From an uncultured bacterium (GTDB lineage: Bacteria; Bipolaricaulota; Bipolaricaulia; UBA7950; UBA9294): DNA of 64,000 bases. The stretch is from contig CAIOGO010000008.1 in the NCBI GenBank assembly GCA_903857865.1, positions 12,292 to 76,291 of the forward strand. Direction: 5' to 3'. Each line of letters starts with the position of its first letter. Within the stretch, counting starts at the first letter, position 1. The position numbers were made by a program, and so were the translations under genes. The notes under the pieces were generated by a model. The model searched no databases. It was not told where the DNA came from and saw only the letters and a list, made by a program, of their open reading frames with translations. Below, piece by piece: positions 8,914 through 18,625 of the stretch.

Positions 8914-10309
8914 GGTTGTGGATGCCCTGGAGCGCCGCGACGGTCGCCTCCGCGGAATGGTGTCCGCGGGCTGGACTCTTGCTGCCACTGCGTGTCTCGC
9001 GTTCGTGCTGGCGTTGACCTTCACGTTCCTCAGGCGCCCTCTCCCCACATGGACGATGCCTCTGCTTGCCGGCACCGGTCTCCTTGCCGCCACGGCGACC
9101 TTTCTCGTGGGTGCCCACGCGAGACGGCCCCGCTCTCGGCTTCTTCTGGAGGTGGACATCCGCCTCGGACTCGACGCCCGCCTAAGCACGCTCCTCGAAA
9201 TCGAGGAGCATCGGGGCCCGAAAGTCTTCTCTGAACGTCTCTTCCGAGACGTCGTGCGCATCGCGCCAGACTGGAAGCGAGCCCTTCCTATTCCGAGGCG
9301 TCTTCCGTTCCTCGCTGCTGTACCCCTCGCGGTCGTGGCGCTGGCTCTGGCTCTTCCCCTCTTCTCTCCGCACCCCGCGCGCTCGGATGCCCCGGACCTG
9401 CGGCCCGCGCTCTCCGCCGCGATTGCGCCGAGCGCTCCGGATTCCGGCGGCGCTCCCGAGGCCCGCAACGACGACGAGGGGGCGGCCTCCGGCCCTGCGG
9501 CCGCCGGTTCGCCAGCCCCCGCTAGGGCCGCAGCCAGCATGAACCAACGCACGCTGAGCGAGATTCTCTCCGAGCTCCGCCCAGCACTCGCCAGCAGCTC
9601 CGCGGCTTGGGCTCCAGGATCGGACGCAGCGACAGGCCCCGAAAGTGAGGATGCCGGCGCGGCGCTGCACCAGGAACTCGAGAGGCTCCAGAGTCGACTG
9701 GAAGCAGACGGTGAGCCTCCGTCTGCGAAGGAGATCCAGACGCTGCGGGACGCCGCCGCGGCCGCGTCGCCCGATCTTGCCAAGGCGGTCGATGAGGCGG
9801 CGGCGGCTTCAGACGTCGAAGCCTTGCGGCGGACGATCTCGCAGCTTCTTAGCCCATCGGCGTCGCAGGCGGCGCCGACGACCGATGCGACCCGGTCGGA
9901 CGTCCAATCCAACGAGGAGCCCTCCGATTCGACCGACGCGACGACGGACTCGCCTCCATCGCCGGGCACTCTGGAGGACGGCGCGTCATCCGGCGCCTCC
10001 GCGGGTGCAAAGGGGGAGACGAGTCCCTCCGCCGCGATGCCAAACGAGACTCCGATCTTTGATGAGGCCGGCGTCGGGGACGTCGCGCCTGTTGCTGCTC
10101 CCCTCGTCTTTGGCGAGTCCGGGGCCCTCTCCTCGTACATCACGCGCGGCGTCCCCGTCGAACAGGCGTCCGATGCAGCCGGCCAAGCTGCGACGTGGAC
10201 GCTCAATCCCGGCCAAGTTCAATCCCTACTCTCGGCGCGGGATCTGCCTGCGGGCGCCGCCGAGATCATCCGCGACTACTTCCAGCGCATCACGGAGGAA
10301 ACCCCATGA
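8897..10309 (+). CDS. hypothetical membrane protein with long Ala/Ser/Pro/Asp-rich low-complexity region
   Basis: ATG 8897 preceded by AAGGAG. Two N-terminal TM helices. The stop overlaps the moxR ATG (ATGA). Confidence 0.5.
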   Translation: MHNFREVVDALERRDGRLRGMVSAGWTLAATACLAFVLALTFTFLRRPLPTWTMPLLAGTGLLAATATFLVGAHARRPRSRLLLEVDIRLGLDARLSTLLEIEEHRGPKVFSERLFRDVVRIAPDWKRALPIPRRLPFLAAVPLAVVALALALPLFSPHPARSDAPDLRPALSAAIAPSAPDSGGAPEARNDDEGAASGPAAAGSPAPARAAASMNQRTLSEILSELRPALASSSAAWAPGSDAATGPESEDAGAALHQELERLQSRLEADGEPPSAKEIQTLRDAAAAASPDLAKAVDEAAAASDVEALRRTISQLLSPSASQAAPTTDATRSDVQSNEEPSDSTDATTDSPPSPGTLEDGASSGASAGAKGETSPSAAMPNETPIFDEAGVGDVAPVAAPLVFGESGALSSYITRGVPVEQASDAAGQAATWTLNPGQVQSLLSARDLPAGAAEIIRDYFQRITEETP

Positions 10310-11289
10310 CCACCGAAGTCAGCCTGACGAGAGCGTTCGACGCGTTTTCGCGCCTGGAGAAGGCGTTCGGCGAGGTGATCGTCGGTCAGAAGGACGTTAC
10401 CCGCCGCACGCTGATCGCTCTCCTATCCCGCGGCAATGTCCTCCTCGAAGGCGTGCCCGGTCTCGGAAAGACGCTGCTCGTCCGGACGCTATCCCACGCA
10501 CTCGGCCTTCCGTTCTCGCGAATCCAATTCACGCCCGATCTCATGCCGACGGACATCATCGGGACGAACATCATCCGCGAGACGGGGGGCGACAGGCGGT
10601 TCGAGTTCTCTCGCGGCCCGCTGTTCGCCAACATCGTTCTGGCCGATGAGATCAATCGCGCGACGCCGAAGACCCAATCCGCCCTACTCGAGGCCATGGA
10701 AGAGCGCACCATCACCGTCGCGGGGACGACCTATGCGTTGGCTGAGCCGTTCATTGTCCTGGCGACCCAGAACCCCATCGAGATGGAGGGGACGTACCCG
10801 CTTCCCGAGGCGCAGCTGGACCGCTTCATGCTTAAGATCAGCGTCGAGTACCCCTCTCTCGACGAGCTGGTGCGCATTACGACTCTCAACACGGAGGTCG
10901 CGGACATCGTCTTCCCTGCCCCCGTAGCCACCGCGCAGGACATCCTCGACGCACGATCCGTCGTCCGCGATCTCCCGATCGCCGAGGGTCTGCGGGAGTA
11001 CGTCGCCCGACTGGTGCTCGCCACGCACCCGGGCAGCGCGCAAGCGCCGGCGATGGTCCGTGACTTCGTGCAATACGGTGCCAGCCCGCGCGCTGCCATC
11101 GCCATGATTCGGGCCGCCAAGGCCCACGCGTTTCTGTGCGGCGAAGTGCATGTCCGACCCTCCGATATCGAAGCCGTGTTCCTGCCCGCGCTCAACCATC
11201 GAATTATCCTCAACTTCAAAGGCGAGGCCGAAGGTGCGTCGGCGACGGCGATCCTCCGGGACGTCTGGCAGAAGGTGCCGGTACTCTAA
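10306..11289 (+). CDS. MoxR-family AAA+ ATPase
   Basis: Walker A GVPGLGKT, Walker B VLADEINRATPKTQSALLEAMEE, typical MoxR length (327 aa). Confidence 0.9.
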   Translation: MTTEVSLTRAFDAFSRLEKAFGEVIVGQKDVTRRTLIALLSRGNVLLEGVPGLGKTLLVRTLSHALGLPFSRIQFTPDLMPTDIIGTNIIRETGGDRRFEFSRGPLFANIVLADEINRATPKTQSALLEAMEERTITVAGTTYALAEPFIVLATQNPIEMEGTYPLPEAQLDRFMLKISVEYPSLDELVRITTLNTEVADIVFPAPVATAQDILDARSVVRDLPIAEGLREYVARLVLATHPGSAQAPAMVRDFVQYGASPRAAIAMIRAAKAHAFLCGEVHVRPSDIEAVFLPALNHRIILNFKGEAEGASATAILRDVWQKVPVL

Positions 11290-12167
11290 TGCAGCAGCTC
11301 ATCGACGAGGACTTCCTTCGCCGTCTGGCGAACCTGCGCTTCATGTCGCAACGCCGTCAGGGGGGCCGCTTCTCCGGGGGGCACGTCTCCCCTCGAGCCG
11401 GAATGAGCATCGAGTTCGCCGACTACCGTGACTACGTCCCGGGGGACGACCTGCGCTACGTGGACTGGAACATCTACGGGCGCCTCGATCGGCTACTCGT
11501 CAAGACGTTCGTCCAAGAGCTCGACGTCCCCGTCTACTTCCTCGTCGACACGAGCGCCTCGATGCGCCTAGGACAACCGCCAAAGGCCGTCTACGCGTCA
11601 CAGCTCGCCCTCGCGCTGGGGTACCTCGCTCTGCGCAACCTCGATCGGGTCGGGCTGTTCCCGTTCGCGGAACGGCTCGCCGAGTCGGTCCCGCCGCGTC
11701 ACGGCATGGCACAGTTCAGCCGGTTTCTGCGAGCCCTCTCCGGCATCGACCCGCAAGGGCGGACATCCCTGGCGCGGAGCGTCGAGGACTTCCTTTCTCA
11801 GACGCGGGAGACGGGCATCGTCGTCCTGATCAGTGACTTCCTCACATCCGACGATCTCAGGGAACCGCTCGCCCGCCTGTCCTATCGAGGCGACGACATC
11901 GTGGCCATCCAGGTCCTCGATCGCGACGACATCGCGCCAACGCTCACGGGCCCCTTTCGGTTTCAGGACATCGAGACCGACGAACAGACGCTGCTCTCCG
12001 TCGGCCCGGGAACCCTCGAGACGTATCGGACGCGGTTCGCCGACTACGAGGCCGCATTGCACCGTCAACTCGAGAGCCACAAGGCTCCTCTCTTCGTCGT
12101 CACAACGGACCGCCCGCTGGAGAGATTCATCCACGAGGATCTTCGCGCCGGAGGGATTCTCCGATGA
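11289..12167 (+). CDS. DUF58 domain protein (vWA-like MoxR partner)
   Basis: Signature SIEFADYRDYVPGDDLRYVDWN; TAATG overlap with the moxR stop. Confidence 0.9.
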   Translation: MQQLIDEDFLRRLANLRFMSQRRQGGRFSGGHVSPRAGMSIEFADYRDYVPGDDLRYVDWNIYGRLDRLLVKTFVQELDVPVYFLVDTSASMRLGQPPKAVYASQLALALGYLALRNLDRVGLFPFAERLAESVPPRHGMAQFSRFLRALSGIDPQGRTSLARSVEDFLSQTRETGIVVLISDFLTSDDLREPLARLSYRGDDIVAIQVLDRDDIAPTLTGPFRFQDIETDEQTLLSVGPGTLETYRTRFADYEAALHRQLESHKAPLFVVTTDRPLERFIHEDLRAGGILR

Positions 12168-13951
12168 GCTTCGTTCTCCCTGGGGCGCTCTCTCTGCTTG
12201 CCACCGCGCTCATCGTGGTCCTCCTCGCCCTCCTTCGTTCGCGGCAGCGGCGACGAGAGGTCGCAACGTTCTTCATCTGGCGTGAGCTCTGCGACTCGGT
12301 GTCGGCGCGCACCCAGCGGCTTCGGTCCCTCCTCGACCCGCTTGTCATCCTCCAACTCGCAACCCTCATTGTTGCGGTGTTCGCCATCGCGCAGCCTCTG
12401 TGGACGTCGAAGCACTCAGGCTTCGCGAGCCTCGCCATCGTCATCGACGCGAGCGCGAGCATGTCGACGCGCATGGATTCGGGGATCACGCGCTATGAGG
12501 CCGCCGTCCGGCGGGTTGACGAGATTCTCGCCACGTACCCGTCGTCTTCGACTTCGGTCATTCTCTTCTCGAGGAACCCACGGGCGCTCGTCGCCAACGA
12601 GGCGGACAGAACCACTGTCAGCAGAGCTCTTGCCGCCACGTCCCCCGGATGGGAAGGGGATGGCCGACCCGCCGACCTCACGAGCGGGCTCGCGGCTGTG
12701 GGGGGGGCATCGGCCTACGAGCAGATCATCCTTCTCAGCGATCATGCCCCGGACGCCGTGCTTTTCCCGTTGCGCGTCGAGACGTTCTCGGAGGGCAGCG
12801 ACATCGGTATCACCGCGTTCTCGGTTCGCGAGAACCCCGACGGCGCCGGGGTCTCCGCCTTCGCCGAGCTCACCAACGGGTCGGACGAATCGCAGTCCCT
12901 GCGGCTTGAGATCGCCGACGACAGGAGCCGTACGACCATCACGGCCTCCCTCGAGCCTGGCGAGGAGGCCGCGTACGTCATCCCCTTTCCCACGTCGCGC
13001 GGCACGCGCTTCGTAGCGTCCGTCAACGCCAACGATGCGTCCCCCTACGACAACGTTCGATACGCCTCGCTGGAGCGTTCCGGCGGCCTACAGGTTCGCT
13101 GGATTGGCAAGAGCAACCGTTACCTCATGGCCGCACTCGATGCCGCCGCGCCGATCCGCGTCGTAGACGTCCCGCCGGCCGACCTCACCGTCGTCTACGA
13201 TACGGACATCGACGCCTTGCCCGACGGGAACGTGCTCCTGGTCCACAGCGCAGTCCGCGACGTCATCACGATCGGCGACCGTACGATATCGGGCGTTGTC
13301 GCTGCGGTCGCCGACGACCCGCTCCTCAGCGGCATCCACCCGAGCGATATCTACGCAGAGCGGTTGCCCTTGGTGGACATCCTCCTCCCGTCCCTCTCTC
13401 TCCTGTCCGTCGGCGACAGCCCCTTCGCGCTCAGAATTCCTGATCCCGACCGACTCATCGTGGTCCTCCCGTCGGACCTCGTCGCGACGAACCTTCCGAT
13501 CACCGTCGACTTCCCCATTCTCATCTGCAACCTCGTCGCCCGCGTCATGCCCGCGCGGCCTGCGGCAGCGTCTCAGTGGACGCTCGTCGGCGGCCCCGTG
13601 TCTCTCGGATCCGGAGGGCATTCCGTCGAACTGCTCGGACCGGACGGGCGAGCTCTCGAACTCTTGCCCGAACAGCGGACCTTCTTCCCGGACCGTCCCG
13701 GCCAGTACTCGATCCGGATGGGGGGCGAGACGCGCGTCATCTCCGTGAACGTCGATCCAGGTGAGACCCTGAGCTTCGCCGCTGTGACCCCCTCTGCGAC
13801 GACAGAGGCATCGCTTCCGCCCTTGTCCTCCCAACTTCGCGACAGATCGTCGCGCCTGTGGCCTCTTCTCGCCGGCGCCGGCCTCGCGCTGCTCCTCGCC
13901 GAGTCCTTCCTCTACCGGCGCAGCCTGAGCGAACGTGGGAGGATGCAGTGA
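12164..13951 (+). CDS. BatA-like protein (aerotolerance-regulator N-terminal TM domain plus vWA-like domain)
   Basis: N-terminal TM segment followed by ...RREVATFFIW; MIDAS-like DASASMS. ATGA overlap upstream. Confidence 0.75.
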   Translation: MSFVLPGALSLLATALIVVLLALLRSRQRRREVATFFIWRELCDSVSARTQRLRSLLDPLVILQLATLIVAVFAIAQPLWTSKHSGFASLAIVIDASASMSTRMDSGITRYEAAVRRVDEILATYPSSSTSVILFSRNPRALVANEADRTTVSRALAATSPGWEGDGRPADLTSGLAAVGGASAYEQIILLSDHAPDAVLFPLRVETFSEGSDIGITAFSVRENPDGAGVSAFAELTNGSDESQSLRLEIADDRSRTTITASLEPGEEAAYVIPFPTSRGTRFVASVNANDASPYDNVRYASLERSGGLQVRWIGKSNRYLMAALDAAAPIRVVDVPPADLTVVYDTDIDALPDGNVLLVHSAVRDVITIGDRTISGVVAAVADDPLLSGIHPSDIYAERLPLVDILLPSLSLLSVGDSPFALRIPDPDRLIVVLPSDLVATNLPITVDFPILICNLVARVMPARPAAASQWTLVGGPVSLGSGGHSVELLGPDGRALELLPEQRTFFPDRPGQYSIRMGGETRVISVNVDPGETLSFAAVTPSATTEASLPPLSSQLRDRSSRLWPLLAGAGLALLLAESFLYRRSLSERGRMQ

Positions 13952-16440
13952 TCCGGTTCGGGACGCCGCTCGCGCTGCTTGCCGCCCCCGTGGTGCTCGG
14001 GCTCCTCTTCCGATTCGCCCGACGCGGATCGAGCTACCCGCTCTTTCGTGCGCTCGTCGCGCTCCTCTTCGTCGTGGCCATTTCGGATCCGCGCATCGTC
14101 ACCCAAGACTCAACGAACAACGTCCTCTTCCTGGTCGATCGGTCGGCCAGCGTGACGCGCAGCGTCGACGATCGCGACGCTGTCGTTGCCATGGAGGCGA
14201 TCGCGGCGGCGCAGCCGCGCTGGAGCTATGGGGTCGTCGGATTCGCCGAATCCGCGGGCGTAGAGTCGCCGCTCGGGTCCACCCCGGCGCTGCCCCCGCC
14301 TCCCCTGCGCGATTCCGGATCCAACCTGGCGGATGCCGTCGAACTCGCGCTTGCCGCGCTGCCTGCCGGCGAGGCGAACCAGATCGTCCTCCTCTCGGAC
14401 GGCCGTTTCACGTCCGAGGTTGCGGCCGCCGTCGCCGAGGCCCAACTCGCCCGAGTCCCCATCTCCGTCCTGCCCATCGGCGCTCCGCTTCCGGGCGATG
14501 CCCAGGTCGCCGCGGTTGTCGCGCCCGCAGAGTCCGCTGTGGGACGTCCGATCGCGATCGACGTGGAGATTGAATCCGCCGCGCCCGGCGCGGCCTCCCT
14601 CGTCGTTTATCGCAATGGCGATCTCGTCGAGGTGCGTGCTGTGGAGTTGGCCGCGGGTCGGTCGGCGCATCGATTCGTCGACTCGCCACCGGACGCCGGA
14701 TTCTTCGAGTACAAGGTGATCGTCAAGAGGCCCGACGACCCCGTCCTTGAGAACGACGCACGATCGGTTTCCTTGCGGACCGTGAATCATCCTTCCGTCC
14801 TCGTGGTCGATCCTCGCGGCGATTCGGCCGTCCCCGCCCTCCTCCGCGCAATCGACCTCGCCTTCGTCGCTGCACCGCGCGTCCCGCAGCTGACAGCGTT
14901 GGCGGACTATCGACAAGTCATCCTTGCCGGGCAGTCGCTGGCCGACCTGAACGAACGCGAGTCGCAGGATCTCGAGCAGTTCGTCCGCTATCTCGGCGGC
15001 GGCCTCCTTGTCATCCTTGGTGAGCAGGAAGTGCGGGGCTTCTCCACGGGCTCCATCGACGACCTCCTCCCGATCTCGTTCACCGTCCCGGAGGTCGGGC
15101 GTGAACCCAGTCTGGCGATCGTCTACCTGCTCGATCGATCGAGCAGCATGAACGAGCTCGCGGGGCCGAAGACGAAGATCCGTACCCTGCGAGAGGCCAC
15201 CGCGGCCAGCGTCCTCCTGCTGCCGAGCGAGACGCTCGTCGGCATCATCGGCTTCTACGACAGGTACGACTGGGTGTTCCCCCTGCAGCGCCTTGGGGAT
15301 GGGGTTGACGCCTACCGAGCGATCGCCTCGATGGGTGCGTACGGCGGCACCGATGTCTACTATCCGCTCGACGATGCGGTCGATCGTCTCATCCGAACAG
15401 ACTCCCGCGTCAAGCAGATCCTCCTCATTTCCGACGGCCAGACCACGGAGGTCGGTCGAGATTATCCGGGGCTCCTCCGGAAGCTCGACGAGCACCCCGA
15501 CATTACGCTCTCGGCGATCGGCATCTCGTCGAACCCGAACATCCCGTTCCTACGCCGCATGGTGGAGCACGGCCGCGGCGAGCTCTTCCTCTCGAACAGC
15601 TTCGCCACGCTGCCGCAGCTCACCATGCAGGTCACCCAGCGGCTGAGCCGCAGTCGATTCGTGACCGGCGACATCGAGGTCACACCGGCTCCGGGACCGC
15701 TTCTCGACATCGCCGACCTACCCCACCTGCGTGGGTACATCCTCACCTACCCGAGGGCGGAGGCTGCGACTCTGCTCCGGGCCGACGATGATCCCATCTT
15801 CGCCACCTGGCGAATCGGCCTGGGCAGCGTCTCGACGCTCAACGCCGACCTCGGGGGCGCTTGGTCGCCCGACTGGCTCGCGTGGAGCGGCATGGCCGGG
15901 CTGTTCGACCGGTTCCTTCAGACGACGGAGCCTCTCGCAACCGTAGCTACCGGCGTTACGACAACATTGGACGTCGGCCCCGACAGCACCACTCTCTGGA
16001 TCGACGCCCGAAACTCCCGCGGGACGTTCGACAACTTCCTCTCCTTCGCCGGGACGCTGCTTCCAGACGCGGAACCCGTCGCAGCGCGGCAGGCGGCCCC
16101 CGGGTTGTATCAAGCCACGTTCACCACACCCGCGGAGGGAGCGCACGCTATCCTCCTGCAGGAGAAGCGCACAGCACGTTCGTTCTCCCTCCCGGTCTCA
16201 ATCCCCTACTCGAAAGAGTACGACGCGTTCGGCGTGGACGCTCCGGCACTGACCGAAGTGGCCACCGCAACACGCGGTCAGTTCCTCATCGGCGGACAGG
16301 GCCTGATGCCCGTCCGCGCGGCAGGCGGGCGCAGGGACATCGCGCTGTTCCCGTATCTCCTTGGCGTGGCTCTCGGCCTGTTCCTCGTTGACCTCGGTCT
16401 GCGCCTCGTGAGACAGAGATCACGGCCCGCTCCGGATTGA
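13948..16440 (+). CDS. large vWA-domain membrane protein (BatB-like, two vWA domains)
   Basis: GTG 13948 overlaps the upstream stop. DRSASV and DRSSSMN MIDAS motifs; N- and C-terminal TM helices. Confidence 0.8.
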   Translation: MIRFGTPLALLAAPVVLGLLFRFARRGSSYPLFRALVALLFVVAISDPRIVTQDSTNNVLFLVDRSASVTRSVDDRDAVVAMEAIAAAQPRWSYGVVGFAESAGVESPLGSTPALPPPPLRDSGSNLADAVELALAALPAGEANQIVLLSDGRFTSEVAAAVAEAQLARVPISVLPIGAPLPGDAQVAAVVAPAESAVGRPIAIDVEIESAAPGAASLVVYRNGDLVEVRAVELAAGRSAHRFVDSPPDAGFFEYKVIVKRPDDPVLENDARSVSLRTVNHPSVLVVDPRGDSAVPALLRAIDLAFVAAPRVPQLTALADYRQVILAGQSLADLNERESQDLEQFVRYLGGGLLVILGEQEVRGFSTGSIDDLLPISFTVPEVGREPSLAIVYLLDRSSSMNELAGPKTKIRTLREATAASVLLLPSETLVGIIGFYDRYDWVFPLQRLGDGVDAYRAIASMGAYGGTDVYYPLDDAVDRLIRTDSRVKQILLISDGQTTEVGRDYPGLLRKLDEHPDITLSAIGISSNPNIPFLRRMVEHGRGELFLSNSFATLPQLTMQVTQRLSRSRFVTGDIEVTPAPGPLLDIADLPHLRGYILTYPRAEAATLLRADDDPIFATWRIGLGSVSTLNADLGGAWSPDWLAWSGMAGLFDRFLQTTEPLATVATGVTTTLDVGPDSTTLWIDARNSRGTFDNFLSFAGTLLPDAEPVAARQAAPGLYQATFTTPAEGAHAILLQEKRTARSFSLPVSIPYSKEYDAFGVDAPALTEVATATRGQFLIGGQGLMPVRAAGGRRDIALFPYLLGVALGLFLVDLGLRLVRQRSRPAPD

Positions 16441-16465
16441 ACCCTGCAGATCCCATCTCTATAAT
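16437..16465 (+). promoter_or_regulatory. candidate sigma70-type promoter for tRNA-Pro/dnaX
   Basis: TTGAAC (16437-16442), 17-nt spacer, TATAAT (16460-16465). Confidence 0.4.
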
Positions 16466-16472
16466 CGGCGGG

Positions 16473-16584
16473 ACGCGGGGAGCGGCAGAGCGAGGCCCCG
16501 CGAGCGAAGATTGGCGGAGCTAATCTCACGTCCGGGGAGCGGCAGAACGAGCTCCCGCGAGCGAAGATTGGCGGAGCTAGTCGC
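16473..16584 (+). repeat. two tandem 55/57-nt repeats immediately upstream of tRNA-Pro
   Basis: Units 16473-16527 and 16528-16584 share GGGGAGCGGCAGA...CCCGCGAGCGAAGATTGGCGGAGCTA. Each starts with a copy of the tRNA leader plus 5' acceptor (ACGTCCGGGGAG). Confidence 0.85.
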
Positions 16585-16589
16585 ACGTC

Positions 16590-16666
16590 CGGGGAGTGGC
16601 GCAGCCTGGTAGCGCGCCTGCTTTGGGAGCAGGAAGCCGCTGGTTCAAATCCAGTCTCCCCGACCA
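16590..16666 (+). tRNA. tRNA-Pro (anticodon TGG), CCA encoded
   Basis: Cloverleaf folded by hand: acceptor CGGGGAG/CTCCCCG, anticodon loop TTTGGGA, T-loop TTCAAAT, 3' ACCA. Confidence 0.93.
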
Positions 16667-16682
16667 GCAGGGGGTGAGAAGG

Positions 16683-18239
16683 GTGAGTGAGCCGGTCGGA
16701 CGTCTATCTCTGTACCGCCGTTGGAGGCCGCAGCGCTTTGCGGACGTCGTCGGACAAGACGATATTGTGCGTACGCTGCGAAACGCCGTCAGCGCACGCG
16801 ACGCGGCTCATGCCTACCTGTTCGCAGGCGAGCGCGGGATTGGCAAGACCTCGGTCGCCCGCATCCTGTCTCGTGCGGTCAACTGCCTTGCGCCCGCGGA
16901 CGGTGAACCCTGCAATGAATGCGCGAGTTGCCTGACGATTTCCGCCGGCCGCTCCCTCGATATCGTTGAGATCGACGGCGCGTCGAACCGCGGCATCGAC
17001 CACATCCGCAAGCTTCGCGAGGAGGTCTGCTTCGCGCCGACGGACCTCCGAATCAAGGTCTACATCATCGACGAAGTCCACATGCTCACCACCGAGGCGT
17101 TCAACGCCCTTCTCAAGACGCTTGAGGAGCCCCCATCTCACGCGATGTTCGTGTTCGCGACGACGGAGCCGCACAAGCTGCCCCGCACGATCGTATCGCG
17201 CTGTCAGGCGTTCGAATTCCGCCGCCTGTCGGTGAGTGCTATCGATGCGCAACTGAAGCGCATCGCCGCGGCAGAAAACGTCCGGCTCTCGGATGAGGCG
17301 TCTACTCTTCTCGCGCGTCGCGCGAACGGCGGGCTGCGCGACGCTGTGGTCATGCTTGAGCAGGCAGCAACCTACGATCGCGAAGGCATCACGGAGGCTG
17401 CTATCCTTGACATGCTGGGCCTCGCAGCGCGTGAGACCCAGCTAGCGTTCGTCGAGGCGCTTGAGGGTTCGGATCGACGCGCCCTGCTTGAGACCATTGA
17501 CACCCTCGCCGAGCGCGGGAAGGACCTGGAGATCTTCCTCGGCGATGTCGTCCTCTTGCTCCGTGAGCGGATCGCGAACTCCGAGGGCAGCGCCGATCGC
17601 GACGTTGCGCTCGCTCGCGGCCTGTTGGCTGTGCGAGCCGATCTCTTCCGCGCCCTCGACCGACAGATTCGCATGGAGATCGGCGTTCTGGCCCTCGCCG
17701 ACTCTCTCTCGCCGCGGCCGCCCTCCGCCACGTCACCGTCGTCATCCCGCGCCCCGAAAACGTCCACGCCAACGGGCAGGGGGAATCCCTCGACGGTCTC
17801 AACCAAGCCGGCGAGCGAACTCCCGGGAAAGGCGGCAGCTCCTCTCCCCGCGCAGGCGGCGCCCGTCGCGGGACGAGAGGCCCCACCTCTGCTTCCTTCG
17901 GAGATGGCGGCAGCATGGAGCGCCATGCTCCGCGAAGTCGAGCAAGACCGGATTGCCATCGCGGCGTATCTGACCGAGGCAGTCCCCTCGCTTGACGGGA
18001 CGCTCCTCGTCTTGTCCTTTCACCCAGAGCACACGTTCCACAAGGACAGCCTCGAGAAGAACGAGAACATGCAGTACGTCGCCGGGGCCGTGCGCCGCCA
18101 TTTCGGAGACTCGTGGCGAGTCGACGTGCGCTACGACAAGAACGTCGAGCGGAAGGCGCTTCCGCGGGAGCTCCTGTTGGAGAAGGCCCGGCTTGTCTGC
18201 CAAGTCTTCGACGGCCGCATCGTGAAGGAGGCATCGTGA
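16683..18239 (+). CDS. dnaX: DNA polymerase III subunit gamma/tau
   Basis: YRRWRPQRFADVVGQ, Walker A GERGIGKTS, zinc module CNECASC, Walker B IIDEVHMLT. The listed ORF start lies inside the tRNA, so GTG 16683 (or 16674) is used. Confidence 0.9.
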   Translation: MSEPVGRLSLYRRWRPQRFADVVGQDDIVRTLRNAVSARDAAHAYLFAGERGIGKTSVARILSRAVNCLAPADGEPCNECASCLTISAGRSLDIVEIDGASNRGIDHIRKLREEVCFAPTDLRIKVYIIDEVHMLTTEAFNALLKTLEEPPSHAMFVFATTEPHKLPRTIVSRCQAFEFRRLSVSAIDAQLKRIAAAENVRLSDEASTLLARRANGGLRDAVVMLEQAATYDREGITEAAILDMLGLAARETQLAFVEALEGSDRRALLETIDTLAERGKDLEIFLGDVVLLLRERIANSEGSADRDVALARGLLAVRADLFRALDRQIRMEIGVLALADSLSPRPPSATSPSSSRAPKTSTPTGRGNPSTVSTKPASELPGKAAAPLPAQAAPVAGREAPPLLPSEMAAAWSAMLREVEQDRIAIAAYLTEAVPSLDGTLLVLSFHPEHTFHKDSLEKNENMQYVAGAVRRHFGDSWRVDVRYDKNVERKALPRELLLEKARLVCQVFDGRIVKEAS

Positions 18240-18556
18240 AGGGGATCGGGAATCTGGGGGGCCTGATGAAGCAGGCCAAGAAGCTTCAAGAGGACCTCGA
18301 GCGGGCGCAGGTCGAGATTGCCGACCTACGGATTGCCGCGACGGCCGGCGGCGGCATGGTGACGGCCACCGTCACGGGGAAAGGAGATCTGGTGTCGCTC
18401 GCACTGGAACGAGAGGTTGTCGACCCGGCGGACGTTGAGATGCTCTGTGACCTCGTTGTGGCGGCTGTCCAGGAGGCGCAACGCAAGGCACAGCAGGCGG
18501 CGCAGGAGAAGCTCGGCCCTCTGGCACAGGGACTCGGAGGGCTACCTGGTGTGTAG
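18236..18556 (+). CDS. ybaB: YbaB/EbfC family nucleoid-associated protein
   Basis: GNLGGLMKQAKKLQEDLERAQ... followed by GGGMVTATVTGKGD. GTGA overlap with the dnaX stop; conserved dnaX-ybaB synteny. Confidence 0.9.
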   Translation: MKGIGNLGGLMKQAKKLQEDLERAQVEIADLRIAATAGGGMVTATVTGKGDLVSLALEREVVDPADVEMLCDLVVAAVQEAQRKAQQAAQEKLGPLAQGLGGLPGV

Positions 18557-18625
18557 GCAGGATCAGCACTTCCTTGCATGCCCCCATCCGCTCCCGTATA
18601 GTCGGAGGATCCATTTCCGGCGGGG

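Noticed and set aside
8473-10206. Long antisense ORFs (for example 8473-10206, 831-1718, 1345-2418, 32483-34594, 41739-43121, 43470-45161, 14110-15495)
   Set aside because: These are typical high-GC shadow ORFs opposite genes with clear family motifs. Their translations are Arg/Pro/Gly/Ala-rich with no motifs and no plausible start contexts.
16596-16682. N-terminal extension of the dnaX ORF
   Set aside because: This stretch is the tRNA-Pro gene read as protein (MAQPGSAPALGAGSRWFKSS...). The real start is GTG 16683 or 16674.
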